Source: Alphaproteobacteria bacterium (GTDB taxonomy: Bacteria > Pseudomonadota > Alphaproteobacteria > UBA8317). Taken from it: a stretch of DNA of 64,000 bases. A program made the translations under genes and the position numbers. The stretch lies in contig JAYPQH010000032.1 of the NCBI GenBank assembly GCA_038131935.1, positions 96,001-160,000 on the forward strand, given 5' to 3'. Positions 21,674 through 33,638 of this stretch are shown piece by piece; within the stretch, counting starts at the first letter, position 1; each line of letters starts with the position of its first letter. Below the pieces are notes generated by a model. That model saw only the letters and a list, made by a program, of their open reading frames with translations. It searched no databases and had not been told where the DNA came from.

Positions 21674-22675
21674 ATGACGACCCCTTTCCCCCCTTTCCCA
21701 ATCTCTAGGCCAAGAAGACTTCGGCAGAACCCACAAATCCGAGCTATGGTTCGCGAGACAAATCTTCATGTAAGCGACCTCATCCTCCCTGTTTTTGTCA
21801 TACCAGGCCACGACCAACAGGAAGCTGTACCTTCAATGCCGCATGTACAAAGACATAGCGTAGATCGATTGGTTGAGGTGGCACGTAAGGCTCATGAGCT
21901 AGGTATTCCGGCAATGGCTCTTTTTCCTAATACGCCCGCTCATCTCCGCGATGAAAAAGGAACTGAAGCAACAAATCCAGACAACCTGGTGTGTCAAGCA
22001 TCACGAATGATCAAAGAGCATGTCCCTGACATGTTGGTAATTTGTGATGTTGCTTTAGATCCTTACACCAGCCACGGACATGATGGCCTCATTGAAAACG
22101 GGAACATCATCAATGATGCATCAATCGACGCTTTGGTCGCACAAAGTTTAAACCAAGTACGTGCTGGATGCGATATCATTGCTCCTTCAGATATGATGGA
22201 TGGCAGAGTTGCCGCCATTCGGTCTGCACTAGATACGCATGGATATGAAGACAAAATGATCATGTCTTATGCCGCAAAATACGCCAGCTGTTTTTACGGT
22301 CCTTTTCGTGATGCCGTGGGTGCTTCCTCTCAATTGATAGGTGATAAAAAAACCTATCAAATGGATAGTGGCAATGCCGACGAGGCGCTGCTTGAAATCG
22401 CGAGAGATATTTCGGAAGGCGCTGATATGGTGATGGTCAAACCCGGCATGCCTTATTTGGATATCATCTCCAAAGCGGCGGCAAAATTTGAAACACCGTT
22501 GTTTGCCTATCAAGTTTCTGGTGAGTACGCCATGATCGAATGGGCGGCTGCCTCTGGCGCATTAGACAGAGACAAAGCGCACATGGAAGCATTAGGTTGC
22601 TTCAAAAGGGCTGGCGTAGATGGCATTCTTACCTACTACGCGCTTGACGCAGCAGATCAGTTGCAACGCAACTGA
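21674..22675 (+). CDS. hemB: Porphobilinogen synthase (Asp-rich, Zn-independent type)
   Basis: DVALDPYTSHGHDG, PSDMMDGR, MVKPG, AYQVSGEY. Confidence 0.97.
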   Translation: MTTPFPPFPISRPRRLRQNPQIRAMVRETNLHVSDLILPVFVIPGHDQQEAVPSMPHVQRHSVDRLVEVARKAHELGIPAMALFPNTPAHLRDEKGTEATNPDNLVCQASRMIKEHVPDMLVICDVALDPYTSHGHDGLIENGNIINDASIDALVAQSLNQVRAGCDIIAPSDMMDGRVAAIRSALDTHGYEDKMIMSYAAKYASCFYGPFRDAVGASSQLIGDKKTYQMDSGNADEALLEIARDISEGADMVMVKPGMPYLDIISKAAAKFETPLFAYQVSGEYAMIEWAAASGALDRDKAHMEALGCFKRAGVDGILTYYALDAADQLQRN

Positions 22676-22755
22676 TCCTACCCCTCAGCTTTCCACGTTT
22701 GATCGTATATCCTTTGCCCAAATGGTCTGGATAAGCTTTGTCTTGTGCAAAAGCA

Positions 22756-23625
22756 TCAATGCTTTCCGGATAAACGTGCAATTAATGATGATGTATCCCA
22801 ACGGTTTCCACCCATATTTTGGACATCAGCATAAAACTGATCCACCATAGCGGTCATGGGCAATGAAATGCCACGAGCACGTGCTTCTTGGAGACAAATT
22901 CTTAAATCCTTGCGCATCCAATCCACAGCAAAACCAAACTCAAATTGATCCTCAAGCATGGTATGACCACGATTTTCCATCTGCCAAGACTGCGCGGCTC
23001 CCTTAGAAATCACACTTAAGACGCGATCTCCATCAATACCAGATTTTTCAGCAAAATTTAGAGCTTCTGCCAAACCTTGAACCACCCCTGCAATACAAAT
23101 TTGATTGACCATTTTGCACAATTGTCCATCACCAGGATCACCAATACGAACACAGGATTTGGCATAAATATCCAAGACATCTTTTACACGGTCAAAATCT
23201 TCACTCAATGCACCACACATGATACCTAGCTGACCATTTTCAGCACCGGCTTGCCCCCCAGAGACAGGTGCATCGACAAAGCCAACCTGTTTTTCAGCAC
23301 ATAATGCATGGAGCTTTTTGGCCAATCCTGCTGAACCTGTTGTATGATCGACCAAGAAAGCCCCCTCACGCACACCGCGCAATACGCCATCTTCACCACA
23401 CACAACATGCTCTACATCAGGGTCATCCCCCAAACACATCAAAATAATATCTGCATTGAGCACAGCTTCTGAGGGAGTTGAAGCAAAGCTACCCCCAAAT
23501 TCGTCAGCCCATTTTTCTGCTTTGGCAGTGGTTCTATTGAATACACACACATCATGACCAGCTTTTTGAAGATGGCCGGCCATGGGATATCCCATCACCC
23601 CAAGCCCTAAAAACGCAAGTTTCAT
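22756..23625 (-). CDS. NAD(P)-dependent beta-hydroxyacid dehydrogenase
   Basis: GLGVMGYPMAGHL, DAPVSGGQAGA, KMVNQ. Confidence 0.92.
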   Translation of the reverse strand: MKLAFLGLGVMGYPMAGHLQKAGHDVCVFNRTTAKAEKWADEFGGSFASTPSEAVLNADIILMCLGDDPDVEHVVCGEDGVLRGVREGAFLVDHTTGSAGLAKKLHALCAEKQVGFVDAPVSGGQAGAENGQLGIMCGALSEDFDRVKDVLDIYAKSCVRIGDPGDGQLCKMVNQICIAGVVQGLAEALNFAEKSGIDGDRVLSVISKGAAQSWQMENRGHTMLEDQFEFGFAVDWMRKDLRICLQEARARGISLPMTAMVDQFYADVQNMGGNRWDTSSLIARLSGKH

Positions 23626-23716
23626 GTCAATTTCCTCCTTATTATTCACAACAACTTATCATGCGATGAACTGCATAACCATTTATGAGATCCACGTCAC
23701 CCAGTCTCATTTGCTT

Positions 23717-25023
23717 TTAGCGCCAAATATCACGCATTCTCTGATAACTCATTTGCTGCCAACAACAAGGGAAGACGCAACATGGACCCTCCTGGAAATT
23801 TTCTTCTAGGAAGAGCGGCCAAGTCATCAAGATTTTCTCGCTCCCCCAAGGCAGCAAGAGCGAGGCTATCTCCTACATGTGAGGTAAGCGCAAGACCATG
23901 TCCAGAATACGCACAAGCATAAAAACCGTTGGGGGCGAACTCCCCCACAAGAGGGAGTCGGTGGTATGATATTGCAAGCAAACCAGGCCAATAATGAGAA
24001 ATCCCAATATCCCTTAATTGTGGAAAAACGCGCAACATATCTCGTTGAAGTATATGTACACCAGGGCCTTTTCTACTTGTATCATAGGCCACTTGCCCAC
24101 CGAATATCATTTGTCCAAATTCATTTTTACGAAAATAATTTAATACAAAATTGCTATCACAATAACATGCACCATCATCCAAAACAGAAGACAGATCTCT
24201 CCCAAGTGGATAGGTGGCCAACATAAAATTGGCCACAGGCATGACAAAAGAAGCAAGCTGGGGAAGTAGCCGCGCAATCCAAGCATTTATACAAACATAA
24301 ACATGGCGCGTTTTGATGATATGTTGGCTCCCTCGACATTTGCTCACAACGTGAAAAAGGCCCTCATCTGGCTTATATTCAATGGCAACAACCCTATGAT
24401 GCTGCACAAAAATTAACGGAGCGACTTTTAAGCTGCTGTGCCAGGGCATGCACATAAGCTAGCGGATCAATATGCCCTGCACCGTAATCAACATAGCCGC
24501 CAAAAAAACGTTTTGATCCCGATCGAGCTTGTGCCTCATCTTTATCAAACAACACAAAATGACCACCAAAACGTTCATTTATCTCCCTTGCACGTTGATG
24601 CAAGGAGTTCATATGTGATGGCTTTGCAGCCAATTCACCACCACCATTATGCCACCGGAGGTCAAATGATACACAGTCCTCGCGTACAGTTTGTACCGCT
24701 GATATAGAATTTTTCCATAATCGTTTAGCTCGATCTAGGCCAACCATCTGCTCTAATTTTGTTGGCGTTGTGTTAAAGCCTTGTAAGACCTGTCCCCCGT
24801 TTACCCCAGAAGCGCCAGCACCCAGCGTTTCTGCATCAACAACAGTAACCTGGCAGCCTCTATCGCTCAACGTGCGCGCCACATTAAGGCCTGTCAAACC
24901 TGCACCAACAACCAGATGATCTATCTCCGACATAGGAGGAGCAGAATAAAAAGAATTTGGAAACTCCCTAGCATTCTGAGCATAGAGCGAAGTAGATTGA
25001 TTTAACCAAGGGGCTCTCGACAT
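23717..25023 (-). CDS. FAD-dependent oxidoreductase, PuuB/DadA family (frameshifts near 24410 and 23752)
   Basis: VGAGLTG, GASGVNGGQ, YSGHGLA; corrected C-terminus AMSYQRMRDIWR. Confidence 0.85.
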
Positions 25024-25075
25024 CAAAAGACTCTTACAATACAGGTTGTGACTTGGTCCTTGAGACACCAAAAAC

Positions 25076-26854
25076 ATGGTAGAAGCAATGGTAAGTATCT
25101 GGGCAAGTATGTTTCTGACGATTTCGGCAATCGTTATTTTTGCACTTGATAGATTTGCCATGGAGCTTGTCGGACTGGGTATCATTATTGCGGCGCTTGT
25201 CATCGCAACCCTTCTGACAGAAGCGGGATATCAGGCGCCAAGTTCTGATATGTTGCTTGAAGGATTTGCATCTCCTGCGTTGATCACAATTCTGGCTTTG
25301 CTCGTCATCGGACAGTCATTGTTCAGGACGGGGGCATTGAGCTTTTTGTTTGAAAAGCTTTTAAAACCAAGCCCTAAATGGAGCCGTCAAAACTTGATTT
25401 TAATCGCACTGCTCATCGCGACAGTTACATCTGCGTTTATGAACAACACACCCATTACAATCATTTTCATCCCGATTATTTCTGCCCTGATGCAAGGCTA
25501 TTTGCCGCTTTCCAAATACATGATGTCATTGAGTTTTTTGACAGTTTTAGGAGGCATGACAACGCTTGTTGGATCATCAACAAATTTACTTGTAGCCAGC
25601 ACATCTGAAAGTCTTGGTGGTCCAGCAATAGGTTTTTTTGACTTCTTTGCCATGGGATCAATTTTGGCTCTTGTGGGAAGTGTGTACTGCCTTTTTATTC
25701 TTCCACGACTGTTGCCAAATAGAAGCGAAGACAATCAGTTTTCACGGCAACAGGGAAAACAATATGTCGTCCAACTCTCTCTTCATGAAGGCCATCCTTT
25801 TGTGGGAGCTCGTGCCGTATCAGGACTATTTCCTGAACTGAGTCGCATTACAATAAAACTGGTTACACGTGACCATCAAAAGTTTTTCCCTCCTTATGAT
25901 GATATTACCTTGATGCCCGGAGATGAAGTGGTTGCAACATCAACGAGAGAACGGCTGACGGAAGTGTTGGCACGCACACCCACCCCAGAAGAAGACGATA
26001 GAGATATTGTGTTAACTGAGGTGGTTGTTGCTCCTGGGTCACGTTTGGAGGGACGCGCTCTGTCTGCCACAGGTTTTTCCGAACGCACCAAATGCTCGGT
26101 TCTAGGACTTCAACGTCGCGCCAAAATGATCCATACCAATCTGGATGCAATGTATGTACAGCCAGGAGACGTATTGCTGCTATCTGGGAGTTCAGAGTCC
26201 ATACAAGACCTACAACAGGAAACAGATGTTCTCGTTCTCGCCAACAGCATGGGTGAAATACCACCGAGGAAAAAAGCCCCCCTAGCGATGTGTATTTTTC
26301 TTGCGACAATTCTAACTTCTGCCCTAGCTGGCATTCCCATTCTTATCACATCATGCTTGGGCGCCTTTGCGATGTTGGCAAGTGGATGCATTCAACTTTC
26401 GCAGGCCTTACGCGCAATTGATGCACGTATTATTTTTATTGTTGCTAGTTCATATGCATTAGGTCAAATGCTACAACATACCGGAGCTGCAGAAATGCTA
26501 ACCAAGCAATTTGTGCAATCTGCAGTGCATTTGTCATCACTACACCTCGCTTCAGCCATGTTTCTTTGCATTGCCTTATTGACCAATTTGCTTTCCAACA
26601 ATGCTACTGCCATTATTTTCACGCCCATCGCACTTGGCCTAGCAACCAGCACGGGCGGATCAGCTGAATTGTTTTTGCATGCCACCATCTTTGCTGCAAA
26701 TTGTTGTTTTGCGACACCCATGGCATACCAAACCAACCTATTGGTGATGACACCAGGACAGTATCGCTTCCAAGACTTCATGCGAGGTGGACTTCCTTTG
26801 ATTATCATTCTTTGGATCACCTTTTCTATCATGGCGACTTTCCTGTATAGATAA
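25076..26854 (+). CDS. SLC13-family permease with TrkA-C domains
   Basis: SAFMNNTP, GSSTNLL, LSNNATA, TPMAYQTN. Confidence 0.9.
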   Translation: MVEAMVSIWASMFLTISAIVIFALDRFAMELVGLGIIIAALVIATLLTEAGYQAPSSDMLLEGFASPALITILALLVIGQSLFRTGALSFLFEKLLKPSPKWSRQNLILIALLIATVTSAFMNNTPITIIFIPIISALMQGYLPLSKYMMSLSFLTVLGGMTTLVGSSTNLLVASTSESLGGPAIGFFDFFAMGSILALVGSVYCLFILPRLLPNRSEDNQFSRQQGKQYVVQLSLHEGHPFVGARAVSGLFPELSRITIKLVTRDHQKFFPPYDDITLMPGDEVVATSTRERLTEVLARTPTPEEDDRDIVLTEVVVAPGSRLEGRALSATGFSERTKCSVLGLQRRAKMIHTNLDAMYVQPGDVLLLSGSSESIQDLQQETDVLVLANSMGEIPPRKKAPLAMCIFLATILTSALAGIPILITSCLGAFAMLASGCIQLSQALRAIDARIIFIVASSYALGQMLQHTGAAEMLTKQFVQSAVHLSSLHLASAMFLCIALLTNLLSNNATAIIFTPIALGLATSTGGSAELFLHATIFAANCCFATPMAYQTNLLVMTPGQYRFQDFMRGGLPLIIILWITFSIMATFLYR

Positions 26855-26879
26855 ATTGAGATGACGAAGTTGGGGTTTT

Positions 26880-27641
26880 ATGTCTGTTGATCCTAGGTTG
26901 AAATTGATCCGTTTTTTCATGACTGGTCCGGGGCCATGCCCGTACTTGCCAGGACGTGAAGAGAGGAAAGTCTTTACAAGGCTTGATAGCCGCATGGGTG
27001 TACAACTGAATGAGTTGTTGTCCCATCATGGCTTTCGACGTTCTCAATCCATTGCGTACAGGCCGTCATGTCTGGGATGCCAATCCTGCATTTCCGTGCG
27101 ATTGGTCTCACAAAAGTATAAAGTATCAAAAAGTCATCGCAGGATAATTGCACAAAATTCAGATTTGAGCCGTAAATTACTTCCACCAATGGCCACCGAG
27201 GAGCAATATATTCTTTTTCAAAAATATATTGCCGCGCGCCATGATGAAGGAGGTATGGCAGACATGGACGAGGATGATTTTGTGAGAATGATTGAAGACA
27301 GCCCCGTCGACACCCAGGTCATTGAATATCGGACAGAAGAAGACAACAAGCTTGTGGCTTTCTGCTTAACAGATATTATGAACGACGGGCTATCAATGGT
27401 TTATTCTGTGTTTGATCCAGCACTCAAAAAGCGCTCTTTAGGAAAATTCATGATCATGGACCATGTGAAAATCTCACGTGATCACAATCTTGACTATATT
27501 TATTTGGGATACTGGGTGGATCAGTCCAACAAAATGGCCTACAAAGCGGGTTTTCAGCCATTGCAATATTTGTGTAACGGTCAGTGGAAAGACAAACCTG
27601 AGTTAAATATCTCAAGCGACAGCGATATTTGGGGACACTAA
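26880..27641 (+). CDS. Arginyl/aspartate-glutamate leucyl-tRNA-protein transferase (ATE/Bpt)
   Basis: PCPYLPGREERKVF, GFRRSQ, YLGYWV, KMAYK. Confidence 0.93.
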   Translation: MSVDPRLKLIRFFMTGPGPCPYLPGREERKVFTRLDSRMGVQLNELLSHHGFRRSQSIAYRPSCLGCQSCISVRLVSQKYKVSKSHRRIIAQNSDLSRKLLPPMATEEQYILFQKYIAARHDEGGMADMDEDDFVRMIEDSPVDTQVIEYRTEEDNKLVAFCLTDIMNDGLSMVYSVFDPALKKRSLGKFMIMDHVKISRDHNLDYIYLGYWVDQSNKMAYKAGFQPLQYLCNGQWKDKPELNISSDSDIWGH

Positions 27642-27672
27642 TTAGTGCCCCCAATGATCATGAAACATGCGT

Positions 27673-28272
27673 TTATATTTTCGAAACAATACGCTGTAGG
27701 TAAGGAAATGCCAATCCAGCCATCACGGCCTTAACGCAGTCGGCCAAGATAAAAGGTGTAAAGCCCCAAGCCCACACACGCTCATCAAAGCCAACCAAAG
27801 ATCCAAGATACAGAAGACCAGGGATATACATAATGATGACGCCAGAAAGCATCACTGGTATCATGAAGGACAAGCGTGAAGCGTGCCGACTTTGCGCCAT
27901 GGATCCAACAAATATTGTTAACAAGACAAATCCTAACAGATACCCACCCGTCGGGCCTACCATATAGGCAATTCCAATACCTCTTTCTGGTGTACCAGCG
28001 AACACGGGCAAGCCAAGAGCACCCTCCGCCATGTAAAGTAAAATGGTCGCCAATGCGTGAACCTTCCCAAAGCTCGCGGCAATTAATAGCAAGACCAGAA
28101 GTTGCAATGTCATGGGTACTGGGTAAAATGGAACCTGCATCTTAGCTGATACAGCAAGTGCTACCGAACCTAACACAGCCATCACAAAAAGACGAAGAAA
28201 GCGTTCGCCAGGAAGCTGCGCTGGCCAAATATGCTCAACCAAACTTGTTTGACCAGAAAATATCTTTGTCAT
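27673..28272 (-). CDS. bioY: Biotin transporter BioY
   Basis: PVPMTLQ, GLPVFAG, GPTGGYL. Confidence 0.95.
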   Translation of the reverse strand: MTKIFSGQTSLVEHIWPAQLPGERFLRLFVMAVLGSVALAVSAKMQVPFYPVPMTLQLLVLLLIAASFGKVHALATILLYMAEGALGLPVFAGTPERGIGIAYMVGPTGGYLLGFVLLTIFVGSMAQSRHASRLSFMIPVMLSGVIIMYIPGLLYLGSLVGFDERVWAWGFTPFILADCVKAVMAGLAFPYLQRIVSKI

Positions 28273-28326
28273 GATGGATTACCCCTCTTATGTTTCTATG
28301 TAAATGAGACAGCAACTGCCTTATCG

Positions 28327-30567
28327 TCAAGATGCTTCATGATCAAAACGACCATTTCTATTAAAGCCCCGGGGGACCATACGCCCGGCATTTCCTCGTT
28401 TTGCAATATATTGTTCCCATTGATTGACTTGTTGCCGGCGCCCAGCTGCATCAGTCCAACTTAAACCCTCTTCGGCAAAAAACGTGATGATATCAGCAAG
28501 GCCACCATCTTTGAATTTTTGGACCATAACACCGCGACCTTTTTCCATAATAGGAAGATCATCTATCGGAAAAGCCAACATTTTGCGGTTTTCGCCTAGG
28601 GTCGCAACATGGTCACCAGCAACCAATCTAATTTTTTTCAGCGTGATAGAAGGCTGCAATGTCATGACTTGTTTGCCACCTCTATTTTTGGACATGCATG
28701 CATCGGATTCCACAACAAAGGCCCGACCATCGCTACTTGCAAGAAGAAACTTTGCACCTTGCTGATACACAAAAATACCTGCGACATCATCATCAGCTGC
28801 CATGGTGACCAAAAGCCTCAAAGGTTCACCTAATCCGCGGCCAGCGGGTAACTGTTCTGGTTCCAATAAAAATACGCGTCCAAATTTTGTGAAGACCATA
28901 ATTTGCTGATCACTTGTCATATGTTGCAAGATTTGCAGGTCATCGCCCTCTTTAAACTTCAGCTCAACGTCTTGAGCTAAATGGCCTTTAAACAGACGCA
29001 CCCATCCTTGTTTTGATAATACCAGCGTGACAGGCTCCTGAAGGCGATTTTGCTTAAGCGCTGTTTCAATATCAACAACTGGCGCATCTTGAAAACTTGT
29101 ACGCCGCCGACCCAAAGCCGTTTTCTTACCAAAACGCTTAATCAAATCCTTTGTCTCTTGAACCAAGACTCGATCCAGATGTTTTTTATCCTCTACAATA
29201 CTGCGCAAATTATCAGCCTCAACATTTAACGCTGATATTTCAGAGGTAAGCTTTTCCTCTTCTAACTTTCTCAAGGCACGCAATCTTGTATCAAGAATGG
29301 CATCAGCTTGACGTTCTGTTAAATGGAATACACGCATCAACTCAGCGCGGGGTTCGTCTTCCTCACGAATGATGCGAATAACCTCATCAAGATCGAGATA
29401 GATTAGACGTAAACCCTCTAAAATTTCCAGCCGATCAGCGATTTTTTTCAACCGAAATTGAGAGCGCCGTAACACCACCACCCGTCTGTGCTCGAGGAAT
29501 CCTAGAAGTGCATCCTTCAAGCTATGAACATGTGGTTGGCCAGAACCATCAAGAACATTTAAATTTAAGGATATTTTACTCTCAAGATCTGTTTGATTGA
29601 ACAAAACTTCCATCATTGCATCTGCATCTACAGCCTTATTCTTAGGCTCCAATACAACACGCAAGTCTTCAGCTGATTCATCACGGACGTCAGCAAGAAA
29701 CATATTTTTCTTATCCAAAACAATATCAGCCAACTGCTCGATTAAGCGTGATTTTTGCACTTGGTAGGGAATTTCTGTCACAACAATTTGATACGAACCT
29801 CGGGCAAGTGTTTCACGTTCCCACCTTGAACGAACACGAAAACCACCTCGCCCTGTGAGATATGCTTGCATAACCTGTTGTTTAGGCTCGACCAAAATAC
29901 CTCCAGTTGGAAAATCAGGTCCAGGGATAAACTGACAAATTTTTTCATCAGGGGTATGTGGATCTTGAATAAGAGCTATCAATGCAAGCCCAAGTTCTTC
30001 GACATTGTGAGGAGGAATAGATGTAGCCATCCCTACCGCAATTCCATTTGAACCATTGGCCAATAGATTAGGGAATGCTGATGGCAGAACCATTGGTTCG
30101 GTTTCAGTTCCATCATAGTTATCACGAAAATCAACTGTTTCCAGTTCGATATCTTGCAGAAGCGCGAGCGCGACATCAGAAAGTCTTGCCTCCGTGTAAC
30201 GTGGTGCCGCCGCAGAATCTCCATCAACGTTTCCAAAATTTCCTTGTCCCTCTACCAGAGGATAACGAGAGGAAAAGTCTTGCGCGAGACGCACCAACGC
30301 CTCATAGACCGCACTTTCGCCGTGAGGATGAAATTTACCAATGACATCACCAACAACGCGAGATGACCGTTTGAAGTGACTTGATGGATCCAATTTTAAC
30401 GCCCGCATGGCATACAAAATACGTCGATGAACAGGCTTCATACCATCGCGAACGTCAGGCAGTGCACGCTGGGTAATGGTGGACAGAGCATAGGCCAAAT
30501 AACGTTCACCAAGCAGCTCCGCAAATGGCTCCGTTTGAACGTTTTTTTCCTCTGAGGTCTCAGCCAT
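28327..30567 (-). CDS. parC: DNA topoisomerase IV subunit A
   Basis: [16 protein letters not shown], 746 aa with ParC-type C-terminal domain. Confidence 0.95.
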   Translation of the reverse strand: MAETSEEKNVQTEPFAELLGERYLAYALSTITQRALPDVRDGMKPVHRRILYAMRALKLDPSSHFKRSSRVVGDVIGKFHPHGESAVYEALVRLAQDFSSRYPLVEGQGNFGNVDGDSAAAPRYTEARLSDVALALLQDIELETVDFRDNYDGTETEPMVLPSAFPNLLANGSNGIAVGMATSIPPHNVEELGLALIALIQDPHTPDEKICQFIPGPDFPTGGILVEPKQQVMQAYLTGRGGFRVRSRWERETLARGSYQIVVTEIPYQVQKSRLIEQLADIVLDKKNMFLADVRDESAEDLRVVLEPKNKAVDADAMMEVLFNQTDLESKISLNLNVLDGSGQPHVHSLKDALLGFLEHRRVVVLRRSQFRLKKIADRLEILEGLRLIYLDLDEVIRIIREEDEPRAELMRVFHLTERQADAILDTRLRALRKLEEEKLTSEISALNVEADNLRSIVEDKKHLDRVLVQETKDLIKRFGKKTALGRRRTSFQDAPVVDIETALKQNRLQEPVTLVLSKQGWVRLFKGHLAQDVELKFKEGDDLQILQHMTSDQQIMVFTKFGRVFLLEPEQLPAGRGLGEPLRLLVTMAADDDVAGIFVYQQGAKFLLASSDGRAFVVESDACMSKNRGGKQVMTLQPSITLKKIRLVAGDHVATLGENRKMLAFPIDDLPIMEKGRGVMVQKFKDGGLADIITFFAEEGLSWTDAAGRRQQVNQWEQYIAKRGNAGRMVPRGFNRNGRFDHEAS

Positions 30568-30609
30568 CTTGTTCCCCTATTCGTAAAATCAGCACAGGCC
30601 TCATGCCCA

Positions 30610-31341
30610 TCATGTATTGCCCTCGTTGTTCCCAGATAATTTCTGCACAAATAGTTGCCTGCTTTGCAGATATGCTGAGATATCCATACTTTGTGCTACT
30701 TTACGCAAAAAATGACCAGTCACCATTAAAGCTTTATGCAAGTCATCATTTGTTTTCACCATTGATGGGTCTAACAAGGTTGGCAAAAGAGGTAACAAAC
30801 GTGACTCGTAGCCCTTGGCAACTGATCGAGAAACAGCATGGCCTGTTCTTGGGCTAATGTATAACAATTCACTCTTACTATTTGTAACTGAACACTTTTC
30901 TAGATCAAGAGCATAGCCAATTTGCCCAAGAAGTAAGAGTTCAAAACGTAGATACGTAGACCTCCATAACAACTCCTGGTCCATCGCCAAAAGCAACCCA
31001 TCAACCCCTTCGAACAATTGAGGGAAGGATTCAGATTCTGAACAAAACCCCCGAATCAGGTCAATCACACCACGCAACAAGATGGGCGCCATGTCATGGG
31101 TAAAAATAGCTAGAGGTGGGTTGCGAAGGCTTTCCACTTGAAATGTTCCTAGCCGATCTTCATGGCGTGCCCGCCATAACACACGTACCCGCTCGGTTAT
31201 CCCATAAGGTTTTCCATAACGCACAGCTTGACGCACCAATCCTCGTCTTAGGCCATGTTGATGGGTCAACGTGGTCATAATAAAACTACGTTCACCATAT
31301 CGCTCTAAAGAAAGTACAAATGCATCATCGACCCACTGCAT
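30610..31341 (-). CDS. recO: DNA repair protein RecO
   Basis: WVDDAFVL...YGE, LGTF, YISPRTGHAVS. Confidence 0.92.
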   Translation of the reverse strand: MQWVDDAFVLSLERYGERSFIMTTLTHQHGLRRGLVRQAVRYGKPYGITERVRVLWRARHEDRLGTFQVESLRNPPLAIFTHDMAPILLRGVIDLIRGFCSESESFPQLFEGVDGLLLAMDQELLWRSTYLRFELLLLGQIGYALDLEKCSVTNSKSELLYISPRTGHAVSRSVAKGYESRLLPLLPTLLDPSMVKTNDDLHKALMVTGHFLRKVAQSMDISAYLQSRQLFVQKLSGNNEGNT

Positions 31342-31346
31342 TTGGG

Positions 31347-32240
31347 TTAAGATAAACCAAACATTTTTTTGGGATCGTAATGTTTATCCCAATCTGCACG
31401 TACGCGAACTTGAATAAATAAATGAATAGGACGCCCCCATGCCCGGGCAAGTGCTTCCCGAGCTGTTTTGCCGATATGTTTTACCGTTTTACCTTGCCGC
31501 CCCAAGACCAACGCCTTCTGACCATCCCGTTTTACAGTAATCAAAATGTGAATAGCCGCTGAGCCATCTGCCCTCTCAAGGAAACGCTCTGTTTCAACAA
31601 GCGCATCATAGGGAAGTTCTTGATGAAGCACATCATACAAGTGCTCACGAACTGTTTCTGCAGCAAGAACCCGCATGGGCATATCAGTCAAGGTGTCTTC
31701 ATCATAATGCCAGATTTCTGTGGGCATCTTCTTGGCGATTGCTGATATCAAATCATCCATTCCTTGATGTGTCGTTGATGATACATAATGAATTTCTTCA
31801 AAAGGATATGCATCCATAAATTGCTCACTGAGTGGCAACAACGACATTTTATCTTCGAGTAAATCCACCTTGTTCAACACCAAGATGACCGGCGTTTGGG
31901 CCACACGTAATTTTGCCAAAACCTTTTCCACAAGAGTGCATTTGCCACGCTGAGCATCGACCACAAGGATCAATAAATCCATATCACGCGTCGCGTCTTC
32001 AGCCTCCTTGATCATGCCTTCATCAAAAGGACGGCGTGGGTCAAAAAAGCCTGGGGTATCAACAAGGACAATTTGCGACATATCATGAACCATAACGCCA
32101 CGAATACGAAACCTTGTGGTTTGAACCTTCCTAGACGTAATGGCTAGCTTCTCACCTAGCATAGCATTCATTAATGTAGATTTCCCAGCATTTGTGGGTC
32201 CCAACAACGCTATGGTGCCAAAGCGTTTATGTTGCATCAT
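31347..32240 (-). CDS. era: GTPase Era
   Basis: GPTNAGKST, KVQTTR, DTPG, NKVD, KH domain. Confidence 0.96.
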   Translation of the reverse strand: MMQHKRFGTIALLGPTNAGKSTLMNAMLGEKLAITSRKVQTTRFRIRGVMVHDMSQIVLVDTPGFFDPRRPFDEGMIKEAEDATRDMDLLILVVDAQRGKCTLVEKVLAKLRVAQTPVILVLNKVDLLEDKMSLLPLSEQFMDAYPFEEIHYVSSTTHQGMDDLISAIAKKMPTEIWHYDEDTLTDMPMRVLAAETVREHLYDVLHQELPYDALVETERFLERADGSAAIHILITVKRDGQKALVLGRQGKTVKHIGKTAREALARAWGRPIHLFIQVRVRADWDKHYDPKKMFGLS

Positions 32241-32913
32241 TCTTCTCCAATTTTTCTAAAAGCCGTGAGGCAGCCAGCCGCTCAGCTTCTCTTTTGCTTC
32301 CTCCCTCAGCAACAGCTGTTTGTTTACCCATCAAAGAAACTTCAACAGTAAAAATTGGGGCATGATCTGGTCCAGTCGTATGGATAACTTGATAAACTGG
32401 CAAACCTAAACCGTGGGCCTGTGAATGTTCTTGCAATCGCGACTTTGGGTCCCGAAAATCATCCTGGTTTTCAGACAAAATGTCTGACCAATGTTTCATG
32501 ATAAATTCACGTGCCTCTTTTATGCCTCCATCAAGATAAACTGCGGCAATGATGGCTTCCATGGCATCTGCCAAAATAGACTTTGCAATATGCCCATCTT
32601 GATCTAATGCCCGACCAAGAAGATATTTTCCAACCCCCAATCGCGCAGCAATGCTTGCGCATACTTCTCCCCTTACCACATGGTTGAGACGGGTGGCCAT
32701 ATTTCCCTCTGTATGATGCTGGGGTAGATTGTGAAGGAATTCTGCTATCACCAGCCCCAAAACTCTATCACCTAAAAATTCCAACCGTTCATTGGAAAAA
32801 GTTTGCTGAGCTGAGGCATGAGTACATGCTCTATCAAGAAGCCTCTGATCTTTAAAATGATAGAAAATACGATGTTCCAGCTCTTTAAGCTGAGCATCCC
32901 TACGCATGCCCAT
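32227..32913 (-). CDS. rnc: Ribonuclease III
   Basis: NERLEFLGD, DAMEA, DPKSRLQE. Confidence 0.97.
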   Translation of the reverse strand: MGMRRDAQLKELEHRIFYHFKDQRLLDRACTHASAQQTFSNERLEFLGDRVLGLVIAEFLHNLPQHHTEGNMATRLNHVVRGEVCASIAARLGVGKYLLGRALDQDGHIAKSILADAMEAIIAAVYLDGGIKEAREFIMKHWSDILSENQDDFRDPKSRLQEHSQAHGLGLPVYQVIHTTGPDHAPIFTVEVSLMGKQTAVAEGGSKREAERLAASRLLEKLEKNDAT

Positions 32914-32915
32914 AT

Positions 32916-33638
32916 CTACTCAACACGCTCAAAGAAACGTCCCCATCGGAAAAGATACACGTATGAAGAGGGATCAAATAAGGAAAATCGTTCATCTATA
33001 GAGAACAAAACAAGTTCTGCACGTCCAACCAAATTTTCAATAGGAACAAAGCCGACCGACAGCCGAGAATCTTCAGAATTGTCACGGTTATCGCCCATAA
33101 AAAACAAGTGATTGCTTGGAACCAAAAATTCTCTTGTGTTGTCCGCTCGAGATCTATGGGTATCCATCATCAAATGTGATGACCCTCGCAATTCTTCTTT
33201 AAAAATAGGCGACCTACAAAGATTTTCTGCGATACCGGGCTCATAGCAGGAATCAAACGCTTTTTGCACAGCAACCCCGTTCACAAATAGGGTTCCATCA
33301 CGCATCTGGACCCTGTCTCCAGGAAGGCCAATCACACGCTTGATATAGTCGATGTTCGTGTTAGACGGCAATCGAAACACCACAATATCCCCATGAGAGG
33401 GCATTGCGCCTAAAAGCCTATCTTCAGGCATTATATCTGGGGAAAACGGCAGTGAATAACGACTGAAACCGTATGAAAACTTACTGACGATGACATAATC
33501 TCCTACCAACAATGTTGGGATCATCGAACCAGAAGGAATCGTAAATGGCTGAAGAAGAAAAGATCTGATCACCAACGCAATCAGAACACCCCAAAAAATT
33601 GTACGGATATGCCCCCATAGCCCTTCTGACTTACTCAC
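32916..33638 (-). CDS. lepB: Signal peptidase I
   Basis: IPSGSM, YIKRVIG, GDNRDNSEDSR. Confidence 0.97.
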   Translation of the reverse strand: MSKSEGLWGHIRTIFWGVLIALVIRSFLLQPFTIPSGSMIPTLLVGDYVIVSKFSYGFSRYSLPFSPDIMPEDRLLGAMPSHGDIVVFRLPSNTNIDYIKRVIGLPGDRVQMRDGTLFVNGVAVQKAFDSCYEPGIAENLCRSPIFKEELRGSSHLMMDTHRSRADNTREFLVPSNHLFFMGDNRDNSEDSRLSVGFVPIENLVGRAELVLFSIDERFSLFDPSSYVYLFRWGRFFERVE

